Assembly (NCBI GenBank): GCA_012295275.1
Contig: CM022671.1
Span: 10,230,001 to 10,294,000, forward strand
Direction of reading: 5' to 3'
DNA length: 64,000 nucleotides
Source of the DNA: Chrysomallon squamiferum
Lineage: Eukaryota; Animalia; Mollusca
Shown here: positions 38,430 through 50,954 of the stretch, piece by piece
Layout: the number at the start of each line of letters is the position of its first letter
Position numbering within the stretch: position 1 is the stretch's first letter
Made by a program: the position numbers and the translations under genes
The notes under the pieces: model-generated
What the model saw: only the letters and a program-made list of their open reading frames with translations
Databases searched by the model: none
Told to the model about the DNA's origin: nothing

Positions 38430-40040
38430 GTTAGAAACAGAAGGTATGTTAAAGTTTACAAAGCATCACTTTTGAAACTCACTGGAATGTTAACTGACTA
38501 TCTTCTTTGAAAGAAACTGCAGTCTCAACTGACCATCTTTCTAAAATCACTGTTATGTTAAATGATCATCTTTCTAAAGTCAGTTCACTGTTGATACATC
38601 TTCTTTCTGATGCAACGGTATTTTTAAATATCAGTCTTACGCTGTTATCTTTCTCATTTTTCTATTTCATTTCTGTGTTCTGGCAATTCAGTGGTGGTGC
38701 CCTGTTGTTTTCCTAGAACACAGTTTAAAGTAGATAATTTAAGCCTGTTTATTCCTTAATGCTCTGACTGAGCCATTTCAAAATCCAGTCAGTGTTCTGT
38801 GAGTTGTTTGTCAACTTTTCTCTTTCTTATTACATTCTGATTCGTCAGTAAAGTTTTGTTCATTCATTCTATAAATTGTAATATTTTATTAAACTTTTAG
38901 TTTAAGATAATTTAGTCCTTCATAACAAAAACTGTGATCTTACCATTCAACTTTCTCATTTTGTGTTCCCCAACTGTATGATCATTTTATTTACTTCTTT
39001 TCACTAAAATGTGTTACAGAAATTCTGTAAAGATGATTGCTTCTGGAAAGACAGTAATTCCTTGTGTACCTTTAGTGACCCCTATAATAGCTAGAAGTCT
39101 TGAGTTATCTTGTTCCTAACTACTTTAGGTGGTTCAGTACACTGAGCTGCAATTTAAGCCCCTTTCTGTAGCAAGTTTTCATTGGTCAAATGCAGTGAGT
39201 GGATATCATTTCCTTTCTGCTGTTAGGTATTCGCTATTTTTCTGAAAGGGGCAGCAATGTCTGATTCTGAGTTTTAGAGTCATTTTCATTACACTGAGTA
39301 TGTTCCGATAAGATTTATTTCACTTTTTAAAAATCAGATTTCAAAAATAGATAGTTTATGATATATACCACACCAGTGAATTATGGAATTCTACTCAAAA
39401 AGAAAAAGCCATATTCATGACAGGATGTTAACTAACTGAAGTACAGTACAGAAGTCATGTTTTATAGCTGTTCTCTAGGATCTTGCTGCAATAATCTTCT
39501 GTTTTAACTTTCTATGTATCCACACTGATTTGCTGGGATCATTCAAAAATCATTTTATTATCCTTCTTTAGCTCGTTCTTTCATTGATATTGTTCAACAG
39601 TAACTTACTGTTCTGGGAATTCGGGATAACTGCCACATTCTGTTTGCTCAGAACTAAAAGTTGCTATGGAAAATTTTACTTTCACTACAAAGTCTTTTAA
39701 TTACTTCTTGGTTTAATTCACTGTTACAGTTTTTCAGAAACACAATTCTTTAAGTTTAAATGATTTTCCTTCCACCTTTCTGTTAGTAAACCAATGGGTC
39801 CCAGCAAAATTCTGTCACTTTTGGATTCCTTTAGGAATATTCTTCATCTGTTACTAGAAAATGAACAGCTTCTGCAAAAATTCTCTCTGCTTTTCTTACT
39901 GAAAGTCAAGTTACAGTATCCTTTTCTGTATAAACAGTTCACTGAAGGAACAATAAGGAAAACTTTCCAAATCACTGGACATTTTTAGGTCCAAGCAGCA
40001 TTTCTATAAATCTTAGTGTCATCAACGTTTATGTATAGAC
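38430..40040 (-). pseudogene. Degraded large coding-like exon, unidentified S/K/N/E-rich protein
   Basis: No microsatellites, higher GC, minus-strand peptide stretches (TQCNENDSKTQNQTLLPLSEK; QQKGNDIHSLHLTNENLLQKG) broken by stops/indels. Confidence 0.35.
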
Positions 40041-40292
40041 ACAGAAACAAGCTAGGAAAAAAGAAAGAAGAGAAGAGAAAAATGTGGAATAGCATTAATA
40101 ATTCAAACTTACAAAAATAATGTTCTAAGAATCTTAGAATCATTAAATTATTAAAATACACACACATGCAAACAAACATGTAGACATGAAAAAATAATAC
40201 TTAATGTATTCTCTTTCTGCACACAGTTAACCACAGTTAAAAAATATTAAGAATTTTCTTTTTGTTATCATTTCATTGCCATTTTTATTATA

Positions 40293-40362
<70 letters not shown>

Positions 40363-42373
40363 TTCTTTTATTAGAATGGTAAAAGTTCACTTTTCTCTCA
40401 TTTTGTTTTTTATTACTTCATTTTCAATGTCTTCTCCATTACTGGAAGTCTAGCTTGGATCTATTAAAATCAATGTCACTTACTCCAAATTTAATAAAAC
40501 AAAGTTGATGAATTCATAAGTGTGATCTTTGTTTCTTCATTATCATTTACAATTTGTTTTATATTAGTATACCTCATGAACATTCTTTGTAATTTTTATT
40601 TATTTATTTATTTTGTTATTGAACTAAAAACAAAAGCAATCTTAGTAAATTTGAATGGTTTATGTAATATTTTTTTATAAACTATTATGATTTACAATTA
40701 AAAGAAAATTATCAGTATTTTGATTTTTTAAATTTTTTTCTGTACTTAGAAAAATCATCAGATGTATTATATCTTTCATTTTTATTTTTAATATAAAAAT
40801 AAACCTATGCACTGCTCACTGTAAATGGTTTATACAAAACCATATTGAAACTATTGAGAATGTATGATTTATTGTTAATTATCTTCAGATAACTTACATT
40901 GAGAATGTGTGATTTTATTGATAACTTACATTTTGTTTTTTATAGCATGTTTAATAGTACTAGTATTTAATTAAATATTGTTTTAAAAAGATACAAATTT
41001 GAAATATAAATTATTAAAATTATTAAAATTGTTTAACATCTGTAGGAAACAATGTAAAATGCATTACGGGCAATAAAATAAAGTGTAAATTTTGTAAAAA
41101 CTTGGCTTAGATTACAGAATATACATGTCATAACAGTATTTATTACACTGTTACACTGAAAATATTTCAATAAATGGCTTAATTGAATTTCTTGTTTGTT
41201 GTTATTAGTATAGTTATGTGTGCACAAATTAATTTTCAGCTTACAGAGTGTAATTTTATAAATAACAAATACAAATGGTTTATGATGTGTTTATGATTTG
41301 ACACATCAATTGAAATAGTTTCATTGTTTCGTGAAAGAATATATGCTGGCATTAAAGTCAGTTAAGTAAAGAAACACCTAAAACACTGACGTCTATACAT
41401 AAAATATTTTAAGAGGACTGACAATCTTGACAACAGTCATACCCTTGGATCAGTCTGTTGTTAAAACAATTTCTGGGATTCATAAATGATATTGCATGAA
41501 ATGTAATGAATGAAACGTCAATCAATGTTCAACAAACTTGATTATTCTATTGATGACTGGTACTGGGGTGATCTTCAAGTCATATTGACAGATATCATAG
41601 AAAAAATGAATAACATTTGTTTGAATATACATTTAGGATGGAATTTACAATCAAAGAATAATCAATCAATCTATTAAAAGAAGAAATAAAGTATTTTACA
41701 AAAGTTAAAATGTTATTTTCGTATAGCCCAAATCTGATGCATTAACACTAATAGATCATATATTTAAATTATTTCAGATCATATTATTTTACAACTTAAA
41801 TCATGAAAAGAAAAAGAAACATAGGCTATCAAAATATTCTTTTAATTTTAAAAATAATAATTGTATACACAACATCTAACGGTAAAGATTTCATTTATCA
41901 CTATTATTACTTAGCATTTGTTTGATTATTGTTGTTGTTGTTGTTTTTAGTTTATTCTTATTATTTTTATCGTTTTTTCTTTATTAACTTGTGCATTATA
42001 TAGATACTTCTCCCATTAGTGATATTTGAATGTAAAAGTTATTTCTCTTAGACCAATTTATTTAGAAAGAAAATCATGAATATATTGCTAGACATTTTCA
42101 TGTCCATTAACAAGAAAGGAAAAAAGATGTATAAATGTTCTGTTAAAGAGGTTCTATAAATCTGGAGTGTTTACTTTTTTTTTTCTTTTTTTTTTTTTTC
42201 AGTAATCAGGGCTGTTTCATCTAAATACATGTAGAATAATCATTTAAAGTTACCATATTTCATCCATTAAAAAATATATTGCTGTTAATTATAAATTATT
42301 GTCTTCTTTGAAAGACTCTTCATACAATATGGATCTTTGATGGATTTTACTTTTTGTTTTTTTTGTATTTGTT

Positions 42374-43440
42374 TTGAAGATAATCTGACAACAGTCTGAA
42401 TCTGATTCTGTTATGTTGTGTACAGATAACAAAATAATCACCTGCTGCATCTTGAGTGGAATGTCTGAGAAAAATCACCTAAAATTAGGTATTGCTAAAC
42501 AGTTTGTAGATAACTGATGAAGGCTGCCTAAATCAAATTTATACATAATGTCAGAAACATCAGCCTAAATCAAACATTGCTATGAACTAGCAAAGTAACC
42601 CAAGTTAGATATTTTGTATGATGTGGAGAATATCCAACGAAACAAAATAATGTCCAGTGTGCGAACCTGAATCAGTTACTGATGTACAGTCTAATCAAGA
42701 GAAAGTCAGTTCACACAGACATTGCTTTGAAGTGTGATAAATCATCAAAACAACCTGATTAGAAGATACTATTATGACATGTAGATCATTTAAGAAAACA
42801 TATAATCAATTTAAATTATATACTGTTGAACAGTTTATAGATAATCTAAGAAAAGAACATGAAACCAATGTTATCATTTGAAGATAATCCAAGAAAATGA
42901 CCTGAATTAGATATTCTTAGTAAAGTTGCAGATAAAACAACAAAAGAAGCTAAAGCAGGTATTATCATCCATTTTGTAAATAATCTATGATATTAATCTG
43001 AATCAGAAACTGTTATCTAGTATCTAGATATTCCAGCAAAACAATCAATCTAAATTACGTACTGTTATAAGTATTGTGGATTATCTAAAAACTATCCAGA
43101 TTAGATAGTTGTACAGTTTGTAATTGATCTATGAACACCAAAATCACACATTGCTGTCAAGTGTATATAATCATGTAAAACAAACTAAAACAGATATTGC
43201 GTCTAACAAAACAACCTCATCAGATTGTGTTATCCAGTGTATTGAAAGAGAAAAACATGAATCATGTGCTGTAAACAAGTGTGTAGATAATACAACAAAG
43301 TGACAGATAATTATTCAACATATACACAATCCAACAAACACATCCTGATACTGTTAACAAATATTAGACAGTCTATGAAAACAACCCAAATTAGATATTG
43401 ATATCAAGTGTATGGAAAATCAAATCAAAATAACATGAAA
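42374..43440 (+). repeat. Compact degenerate ~48-bp unit array of the CCTGAATCAGATAC family
   Basis: Consensus ~GATAATCTAACAAAACAACCTGAATCAGATACTGTTATCAAGTGTGTA; start is closely similar to 9444-9690. Confidence 0.8.
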
Positions 43441-43584
43441 CATTTATTTTTACATGTTTATTTCATTTCATTTTTAAAAAATACCTCAGAATTAAAAAAT
43501 AATATAAGATGTTTTATTTTAAAGATTATGCGGGTGTGGATTTGGATAACAGCTTTTTTAAATCCATTGATGGATCATATAAAA
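43441..43584 (+). repeat. Partial duplicate of the intron end and start of CTLD exon 2 (44367-44510)
   Basis: Shared GCGGGTGTGGATTTGGATAACAGCTT..AAATCCATTGATGGATCATATAAAA and upstream intron. Confidence 0.9.
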
Positions 43585-43749
43585 GAACCTGCATCAAATG
43601 TTTTCATTCTGTCATTTGTGTTTCAGATTTTGATGTATTAGTTTATATTTATTCATTTTTAACATCACAATTTTATTTCTTTATTTTGTTATTATTTTCT
43701 ATTAGTTATATTTAAACACTGCTGTCACTCTCTATTTGACTATTTGAAG

Positions 43750-43877
43750 ATGTTAATGATATTAGTGATAAAGTGATAAATAATATAAGCATCAATGCAC
43801 AATGAAAAATGAAATTGCAGTCTGCACTTGTTTCAAAGGATCTAGATTGTGGCGTGATGGATTTAAGTGTATAAAAG
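43750..43877 (+). CDS. EGF-like exon (DVND../KHQCTMKNEIAVCTCFKGSRLWRDGFKCIK), 5' part corrupted
   Basis: C-x8-CxCxxGxxLxxDGxxC pattern; DVN start typical of calcium-binding EGF; AG/GT, phase 1-1. Confidence 0.7.
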
Positions 43878-44112
43878 GTTAATGCAAATATGTTATCACA
43901 TTTTTTTATTTATCGTTAATAATCATTTTTATCTGTAAAATCTTTTTAAATTGATTATGATGTAAAATTATTTATGGCACCAAAAGTTATTTGTAGAAAT
44001 GGAGAATGTATTGTTTGATAATTTTGTAAAAATTCTTGAAAGGTTAATATAAGCAAATGAATGAATGTTTATTTTTGCATGTAAGAACAGGTTGTTTCTG
44101 TTTCTTTTGCAG

Positions 44113-44283
44113 ATTATTCAGTTTACTTTAGAGTGTATAAAGAAAAGTTCACTTTTGAAAAGGGACAAGCTCAGTGTCTTATTCAAGTAGGTCATTTGAC
44201 TACATTTTTTACATCTGAAGAATATAACCAATTTTCAGAGGAGCTAACACAAAGTGGAGTTGACAACCAATATTATCACATTG
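44113..44283 (+). CDS. C-type lectin-like domain exon 1 (DYSVYFRVYKEKFTFEKGQAQCLIQVGHLTTFFTSEEY..YYHIG)
   Basis: Open 171-nt phase 1-1 exon; F..Q..C...GHL.....EE and xIG pattern of CTLD. Confidence 0.7.
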
Positions 44284-44451
44284 GTAATATTTCTGATTTG
44301 GTAACAGAAAATATATTTGACACCTACTGAACACTAATAGTTGTTAAGCATATATTTACATAGTTACATTTATTTTTGCATGTTTATTTCATTTCATTTT
44401 TTAAAAATATCCTCAGAATTTAGCAATAGTTTAAGATGTTTTATTTTAAAG

Positions 44452-44640
44452 GTAATGCGGGTGTGGATTTGGATAACAGCTTCTTTAAATCCATTGATGG
44501 ATCATATAAAACTATTATTCCTAATTTGGACAGACTAAAGGCACCAGGTTCAACAGTTGTAATTGGTAAACAAAACAGAAGTGTGATTTGGAATGCTGTT
44601 ATTGACAGAGAAGAATACTACATAAGCTGTCGTATTTCAA
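44452..44640 (+). CDS. C-type lectin-like domain exon 2 (NAGVDLDNSFFKSIDGS..IWNAVIDREEYYISCRIS)
   Basis: Open 189-nt phase 1-1 exon; DGS, WN and terminal YISC motifs. Confidence 0.65.
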
Positions 44641-45218
44641 GTAAGACCTGTCATATATGTCACCTTTTACAGATTTCCTAACCTTTTGTTTGTACTCCTG
44701 AACAAGTTTGTAACTAAAATGAAGTTTTCTGAAAAACTGCTGATTTGGGAGTACAAGAATGACTCAAATTTTATTTTCAATGATGATTTCACATACTTAC
44801 ATTATTAGCAAAATTTGGTGTTCATATAACTTTAAGTTCTGGAATAAAATATAAAAGGTTAGTTATGTGTGTAATCAAATCCAATAAAATTAAATAAGAA
44901 ATGACAACCGAAAGATGTACCTTCCAGAAGACAGGAAAAAACGTATAACGAAAATAAATAAACAAATAAAATAAATAAAATGAGAATAAAATATAAAAAT
45001 CCAAAATTAATATATGATAAGGCTTGATTTGGTAGAATATTCCTTGCATTTTCAGTGACAAGTTAACTGATCTTATCCGTCATTCTGTCCACCTAAGTTT
45101 TGATGGCATCACTAGCTCATTCTTTTTTAAAGGTATAATTTTTATTACAGCATTTATATAATAATAATAATGTGTTTGTGTGTGTGTATATATATTTGTT
45201 TTTCATTATGTTCTACAG

Positions 45219-45520
45219 AGGATGGCTCTTACTTATTCACTGGTTATCATGATGTTCATGATGATCAGTTCTCCTCATCATCTTGTACTACTCGAACATC
45301 TCTGCCTTCAAGTTTAGCATTTGGTCCAGCAAGAAGTCGGCGTGGTTCTAAGATGTTTGTGAAAACTGTCGCAGGATTTCTGTTTGGAGCTTACTGGAAT
45401 CCTGATGCTCATCCTAACACATTTTTGAGGCTATTATTATTTTGTAATGTATTTCATTTCATTGTGTACATAATTTTCATTATTTCTGAAATTGCTCTCT
45501 TAATTTTAAATAGTTTCTAG
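45219..45520 (+). CDS. Following/terminal exon of the EGF-CTLD gene (KDGSYLFTGYHDVHDDQFSSSSCTTRTSLPSSLA..)
   Basis: CTACAG acceptor in phase with previous exon; 3' end uncertain. Confidence 0.5.
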
Positions 45521-47173
45521 TTGTCTGTAAAATATTTAAGACATAATAAGACGTGAAAACTTTGCAAATTCTCAGAAATTAAAAGGAAATAAGCTAAAAC
45601 AATTTTCTTTTCATTAAACCAATATATTATAAACAATTTGATTAAAGCAATGCAATGTATACATGAGTGTTTCTATGTGTTTATGTATAAACGTGTATTC
45701 AAAAATAAAAGAAAGTATAAACATCCAGAGTCCAAATCACAATGCATCTTTTAGTTTTACTATGATCCAGGTAGTATTTATAAAGGTAGTCCTAAAAATT
45801 ATAGATAAATTAAAATTGTAAATAACATATTCAGTAACTACGGAATGTCTGAATACCATTTGTCTAACAAATGTGACATCATCACATTTCTTGAATATTT
45901 ATTTGGATGTGCCAACACTGAATCCTTCAAATACTTAAGAGTAACTTTTGTTTCTGTTATTCAAATTCATAATCATTGAAATTGAATATTTGTTTTAGTA
46001 AAATATTACACATGATTTTAAACATATTATATTCACATCAAAGAAACCTTCAATATGTTCATATAAACAGCATTTCCAGTATGTACATTTTTGCACAATA
46101 ACTATGTTGCAGGGCTTAAAAGAATAATTTTAATTATTTTGTTTATTATTTTAATAACAGTATGTTAAAAACTTGTTTAATCTCAAGCTTGTGATTTATT
46201 AATATAATCACAAAAGTAATGGATAATTGATTATTCTTCGGAGAAGCTGTTTTTCATATATACTTATGTTTAATCCAGCATAGTTAGTTTGTTTTATCTT
46301 TGTTTAATTTGGAAAAAATTACTCATTTCAAATTGTGGCAACCTTTTACTAGCAAGAGAGGCCTGGCTACAATTGTTAATATTTTATTTATTTTTTTAAC
46401 TTGGTTTCCATTCTTGGTCTAACAGTAAAAGTACCTTTTGGTTCTAGAGCTTAATCTATTTCCTGTCACTACATGTAATTAAATACAATTTAAAATTTGT
46501 AATTTTCTTCCCAACTGTTATGGTGTAGCCTTATTTGATAATTCTAAAAAAAAAAAAAAAAATGAACTATCAAGCATAATTGAAAAGAAGATATTCCATA
46601 TGCATCAGTTAATTTATTAACATAGATAAAAGGAAGAGAAATAACATTCATGTTTAGTAACTATAAATTTGTTTATATTATGTTCTCTGTATGACATTGT
46701 TGAATCAAAGTGAATAAATATGATGAAAACATGTTTATACATATTTATTGTATTAGTTAAATATTGGTCTTCAGACATTCAGTTTTTAAAATGGTGCTGA
46801 AATTTTATTAATTTCTTTTTATACTACATAAATGAATACAGTTATGGCACATAATATATACAATAAGAATAAAAGTTATAAAATGTTATTTATTATTTGT
46901 TTGTTTTTTTACATTCTTTGTGGGGTTAAATCATAATTAAATGACTTTTTTGTTTTGTTTTAGGTTACTCTGTCAAAAATACATAGCGCATTATAAAAAC
47001 ATTTTATAACTCTGTGCCTTGCTTATTCATTATTACTTTTGTATGTTTAATATATCGTAAATAAAAATTAATGAAATGAAGAGGTTTGACTTGTACAAAA
47101 ATATCGTCAAATGTACTTCATTATGCTGAAACAGAATTGAAACCCTTTAAGAAAGTTATTTTACAAATAAGCC

Positions 47174-47233
<60 letters not shown>

Positions 47234-47264
47234 GTGTACATGTTAAAAGAATTAACAACAAGAA

Positions 47265-47306
<42 letters not shown>

Positions 47307-48094
47307 TAATGACAAAAGAAAACAATAAGGAAAAAAAATAATAATAAACGCCACTAAAAAAAAAAAACCCGGAAAAAAAATAAAAAAAATAAATGAAAAA
47401 TAAATAAAAAAATAAAAAACCCAGACTGTCTTAAAAAGATAAGATATCGACGAGAATTTTATGTGTTTGAGTGTTTTTAAATATAAATTTCTTCCGTCAT
47501 CAATGCCTGGTTTCATTTTACTTAAGTTGAACATAGAATGGACTCGTGGCAGGTTGTTTTTATTTTCATTATTAAACATTTCAGATTCACGTCCCTTGTT
47601 AGATGTCGCTATTTCTCCAATATGTCAGCCTCCAGCTGAAAATTTTAACGCGTGTAATATAATGTAAATTTCAAATGAACTCTATTAATTTTATTTAATT
47701 TCGGAGTAATTCCGTATTTTGACAGCAAGTCAAGATTTCTAACTTCTAGTGTTTTCGTTGTCAACATAATCGGACATTTCTGTTTACATTAAAATTGGAT
47801 TTAAACCGACATTGGCACAGGCTATATTTCTTGGTCAAAAAGTAAAGAATACTGATGTATGATCATGATGGAAAGAGCAGTAAAAACATTATTGGAAAGG
47901 ATACCGAATGGTTTAAGGACATTATCAGCAAAAGTCAAAAGAAAGTAAAAGAGGTTAGTAGAACCAGTTTTTTTTTGTGTACATAAACAGAATCTATTTC
48001 TCGAATCAATTTTTTTTTTATCCAGTTACATGCAGAACTTTCAGTTAAACAAATAAATATATATATAAATGACACACTACTACATTTTGAACCT

Positions 48095-48137
48095 CTAGGT
48101 ACATGCAGTTTCTGTGTTATTATTATTATTATATTAT

Positions 48138-48181
<44 letters not shown>

Positions 48182-48254
48182 CTAGGTACATGCAGTTTCT
48201 GTGTTATTATTATTATTATTATTATTAGTAGTAGTAGTAGTAGTAGTAGTAGTA
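48095..48254. repeat. 87-bp tandem duplication of CTAGGTACATGCAGTTTCTGTG+(TTA)n(GTA)n
   Basis: Units start at 48095 and 48182. Confidence 0.9.
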
Positions 48255-48789
48255 TAACGTGATGAATGATATTTGCAGATGAACGTAAGACTTTATTTCA
48301 AATGGCATGGAAATGGTTTAAAAAGCATTAGTTTAAGTGACGAAGTACAGTCATATATAGTGTGATAATCTAATCGTATATTAGAAATCATCAGTTACAG
48401 AAGAAACGGCATCCATTTTTGTTCCTGAAATGATCCAGTTATATAAATTATTATGTACTGTAACACAAACTACAATTTTACTTTTTGGAAAAGTATTCTG
48501 TCATATTGTTTAAGTCATCTCACAAAGACACACTTGATAAAGTACTTATATAGCATCCTTCCATCCATCCATGAATCCAGTAAACTTGAAATAACTGTAT
48601 CAAAACATAATATATGTTGATAAAAGGGCCTGATTTTTGGAGAAAAATGTAGATAATATTATATGTGTTACAGAAGAAAACCCAAGAAAAACCAAGTAAG
48701 ATGTTACTTTGTATTCAGATTATGCAGTTTCCTCAGTTTTTAGTGAAGATTTGTTTTAAGTGTGTAAGTTGAATCAAGATGTCAATGAC

Positions 48790-49200
48790 CCAGTTAATTA
48801 ACTGTATCATAGATTATTATGTTGTCTTGGATGAACTCTTTCTATAGCTTATTCTCCAGAACATCTTTCTTCAATCTCCCAGTGTTTACAAGAACGTTTT
48901 CTTAATGTCTCAGTTTAGAGAACTCGGCTGTAAAATTGTCTACATCCTGCTTTGATTTAACTTCCATTTTTGTGAAATCTTGGTGCTTGTTGGTCAGAGG
49001 CACAGTGAAAAGTATGTGTTTTGGCAGGCAGCTAGATCAGTGTCTCTCCAGTGGGATGTAAAGTAATGCTGACAGATGAGACATTAGCTCTTTGCTTATG
49101 GGAATCCTCAGTACAGGCATTGCAGGTTAAATCTGTTCTCCCATTCTGGCATTCTTGTAACATAGCATGGCAGTGTACGAACTACTATTACTGTCCAGGG
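48790..49200 (-). pseudogene. Possible decayed B-box/coiled-coil (TRIM-like) exon, cut at the transposon junction
   Basis: ECQ..LTCNACTEDSHKQR..LHPTGETL../LTNKHQD..MEVKSKQDVDNFTAEFSKLR with stops and frameshifts. Confidence 0.35.
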
Positions 49201-49201
49201 G

Positions 49202-49492
49202 GTGTCTTCCCATCTGGTAGAATTCCCTGTTCATATAATTCCCATTTCATAGAAAAAACTCATCTACTGCAATACCTGATTACCTCTGTATATAATGAAC
49301 TTGGCCTGTACATACATCTGGTTTCTTTCTAACATTCAGAGGCGGAGTGCATTGTTCCTAAATCAGTTATGTAACATCAAAGGAAAGCAGAATAAGCATT
49401 CACTTTTGTTGTAGATTTTTACCTTTTTCATTATTATTAGAATATTATTACAGTTATTGTTGCTGTTGTTGTTATTATTGTTATCCATATTC

Positions 49493-49542
<50 letters not shown>

Positions 49543-50954
49543 TAATCTGGTCATTTCTAATTCATAAATGTTTCCTGTCCGTTACAAAACAACCGACCAA
49601 TAATAAACAATTTTACATCAATTTCATCTATCTATTAAAAAAAAAAAAAAGCGGCACAATGTTTTTTTTGTTAATTCTCATGGCTTGCTTCTGTAAAAGA
49701 AAACGACAAAAATATTATAAATATATAATTTTATTCAGCAATATAATTTAAGAAAAACATATTTTACATTCGAGTAATTCATTTATATTCAGGAAATAGA
49801 ATATGTGACCGTTACCTTTTTCATTAACTGTTCGAATTAAACCATATTCAGCTTAAACATGTTCAAGACATATGTTACTCAGCATATTTACGTTATGCAC
49901 ACATACATATTCACATTGTGCACATATTATACAATATATGTGACATAGTATATTAATAGTATGTACACTAAAGATATTATGACCTGCAAATACTTTGGCT
50001 ATGACTGAAAAAGTTTATACGAAGGACCAAATCATTGGGAATACTTTGAGATGAATACCTTCTTTTTTAATTATTTACATCCACTACATTCAATACATAG
50101 ATTATTTCGATATTTTTTATATTTGCATACTTTATGCGATAAGCGATATCCAGACTATAATAATACCTCAAATTAAAGATGTAGTTGGTTCCAAATTAAG
50201 TGAGGTATAGTTAAGTGAGAGACTAATTTACATAGAATTAAGGTTAAAAGCAGTGGTTACTTTCTCGCTGATGAAATTTCACATAAAAAAGGTAAAATTA
50301 GGAGAAATAAAATGGCAGTTTAGACATAACTGATTTAATAGATTGTAGATATTAAGTAAACAGTAAATCATTTACAAATCAATTTATACAAATACATTAG
50401 GAAATAATTATATGCCGCTGATTGTGGGTTCATTTTTGTTTCATTTAAGATAATGTATATTGTTTTTAAAGTTATTGTTTTCACGTTGCTTTTTATCATC
50501 AGCATTTGCCAGTATGCTGTTATTCGTTTTGACATATTGGAAGGGTAAATTACAAACGAGTTCAAGTGTAAATCGAAGCAGAAGAGAAAAGTGAATCAGA
50601 ATTTCAGATGCGCATATGACCTGTCATCTGATCAACACAGCTGACAGAAGCTCGTGAATGAATGAAAAACAAAAGAAAACGGACTTAAAAACATGCATTG
50701 TATCCATTTGTATCATTTATTTCGAGCAATTAACTATTAAATTTCTATTTATATAATTTGTAAAGAAAAAAGATCGTTAAAGCAGGATATCGTTAAGCGA
50801 GATATTACTGTATTTACACAATAATAATCGCTTTCCAAATAATCTGGAACAGTTCATTATAATGACTGAGGTAAAACCAAGCATGTAAATAAGACCATTG
50901 AACCACATTTAGCCTTTCAACGAAATGGGAATTCTACCAGAAGGGAGTAAGCTG
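49202..50954. mobile_element. TIR DNA transposon copy 2 (~1.75 kb internal variant)
   Basis: Same TIR sequences as 12087-16138; left end lacks the first CA and the TGTAGA flank; right flank as in copy 1. Confidence 0.8.

Noticed and set aside
41540-41660. SH2-like start (DDWYWGDL)
   Set aside because: Only a short motif; no FLVRxS downstream and no clear exon boundaries
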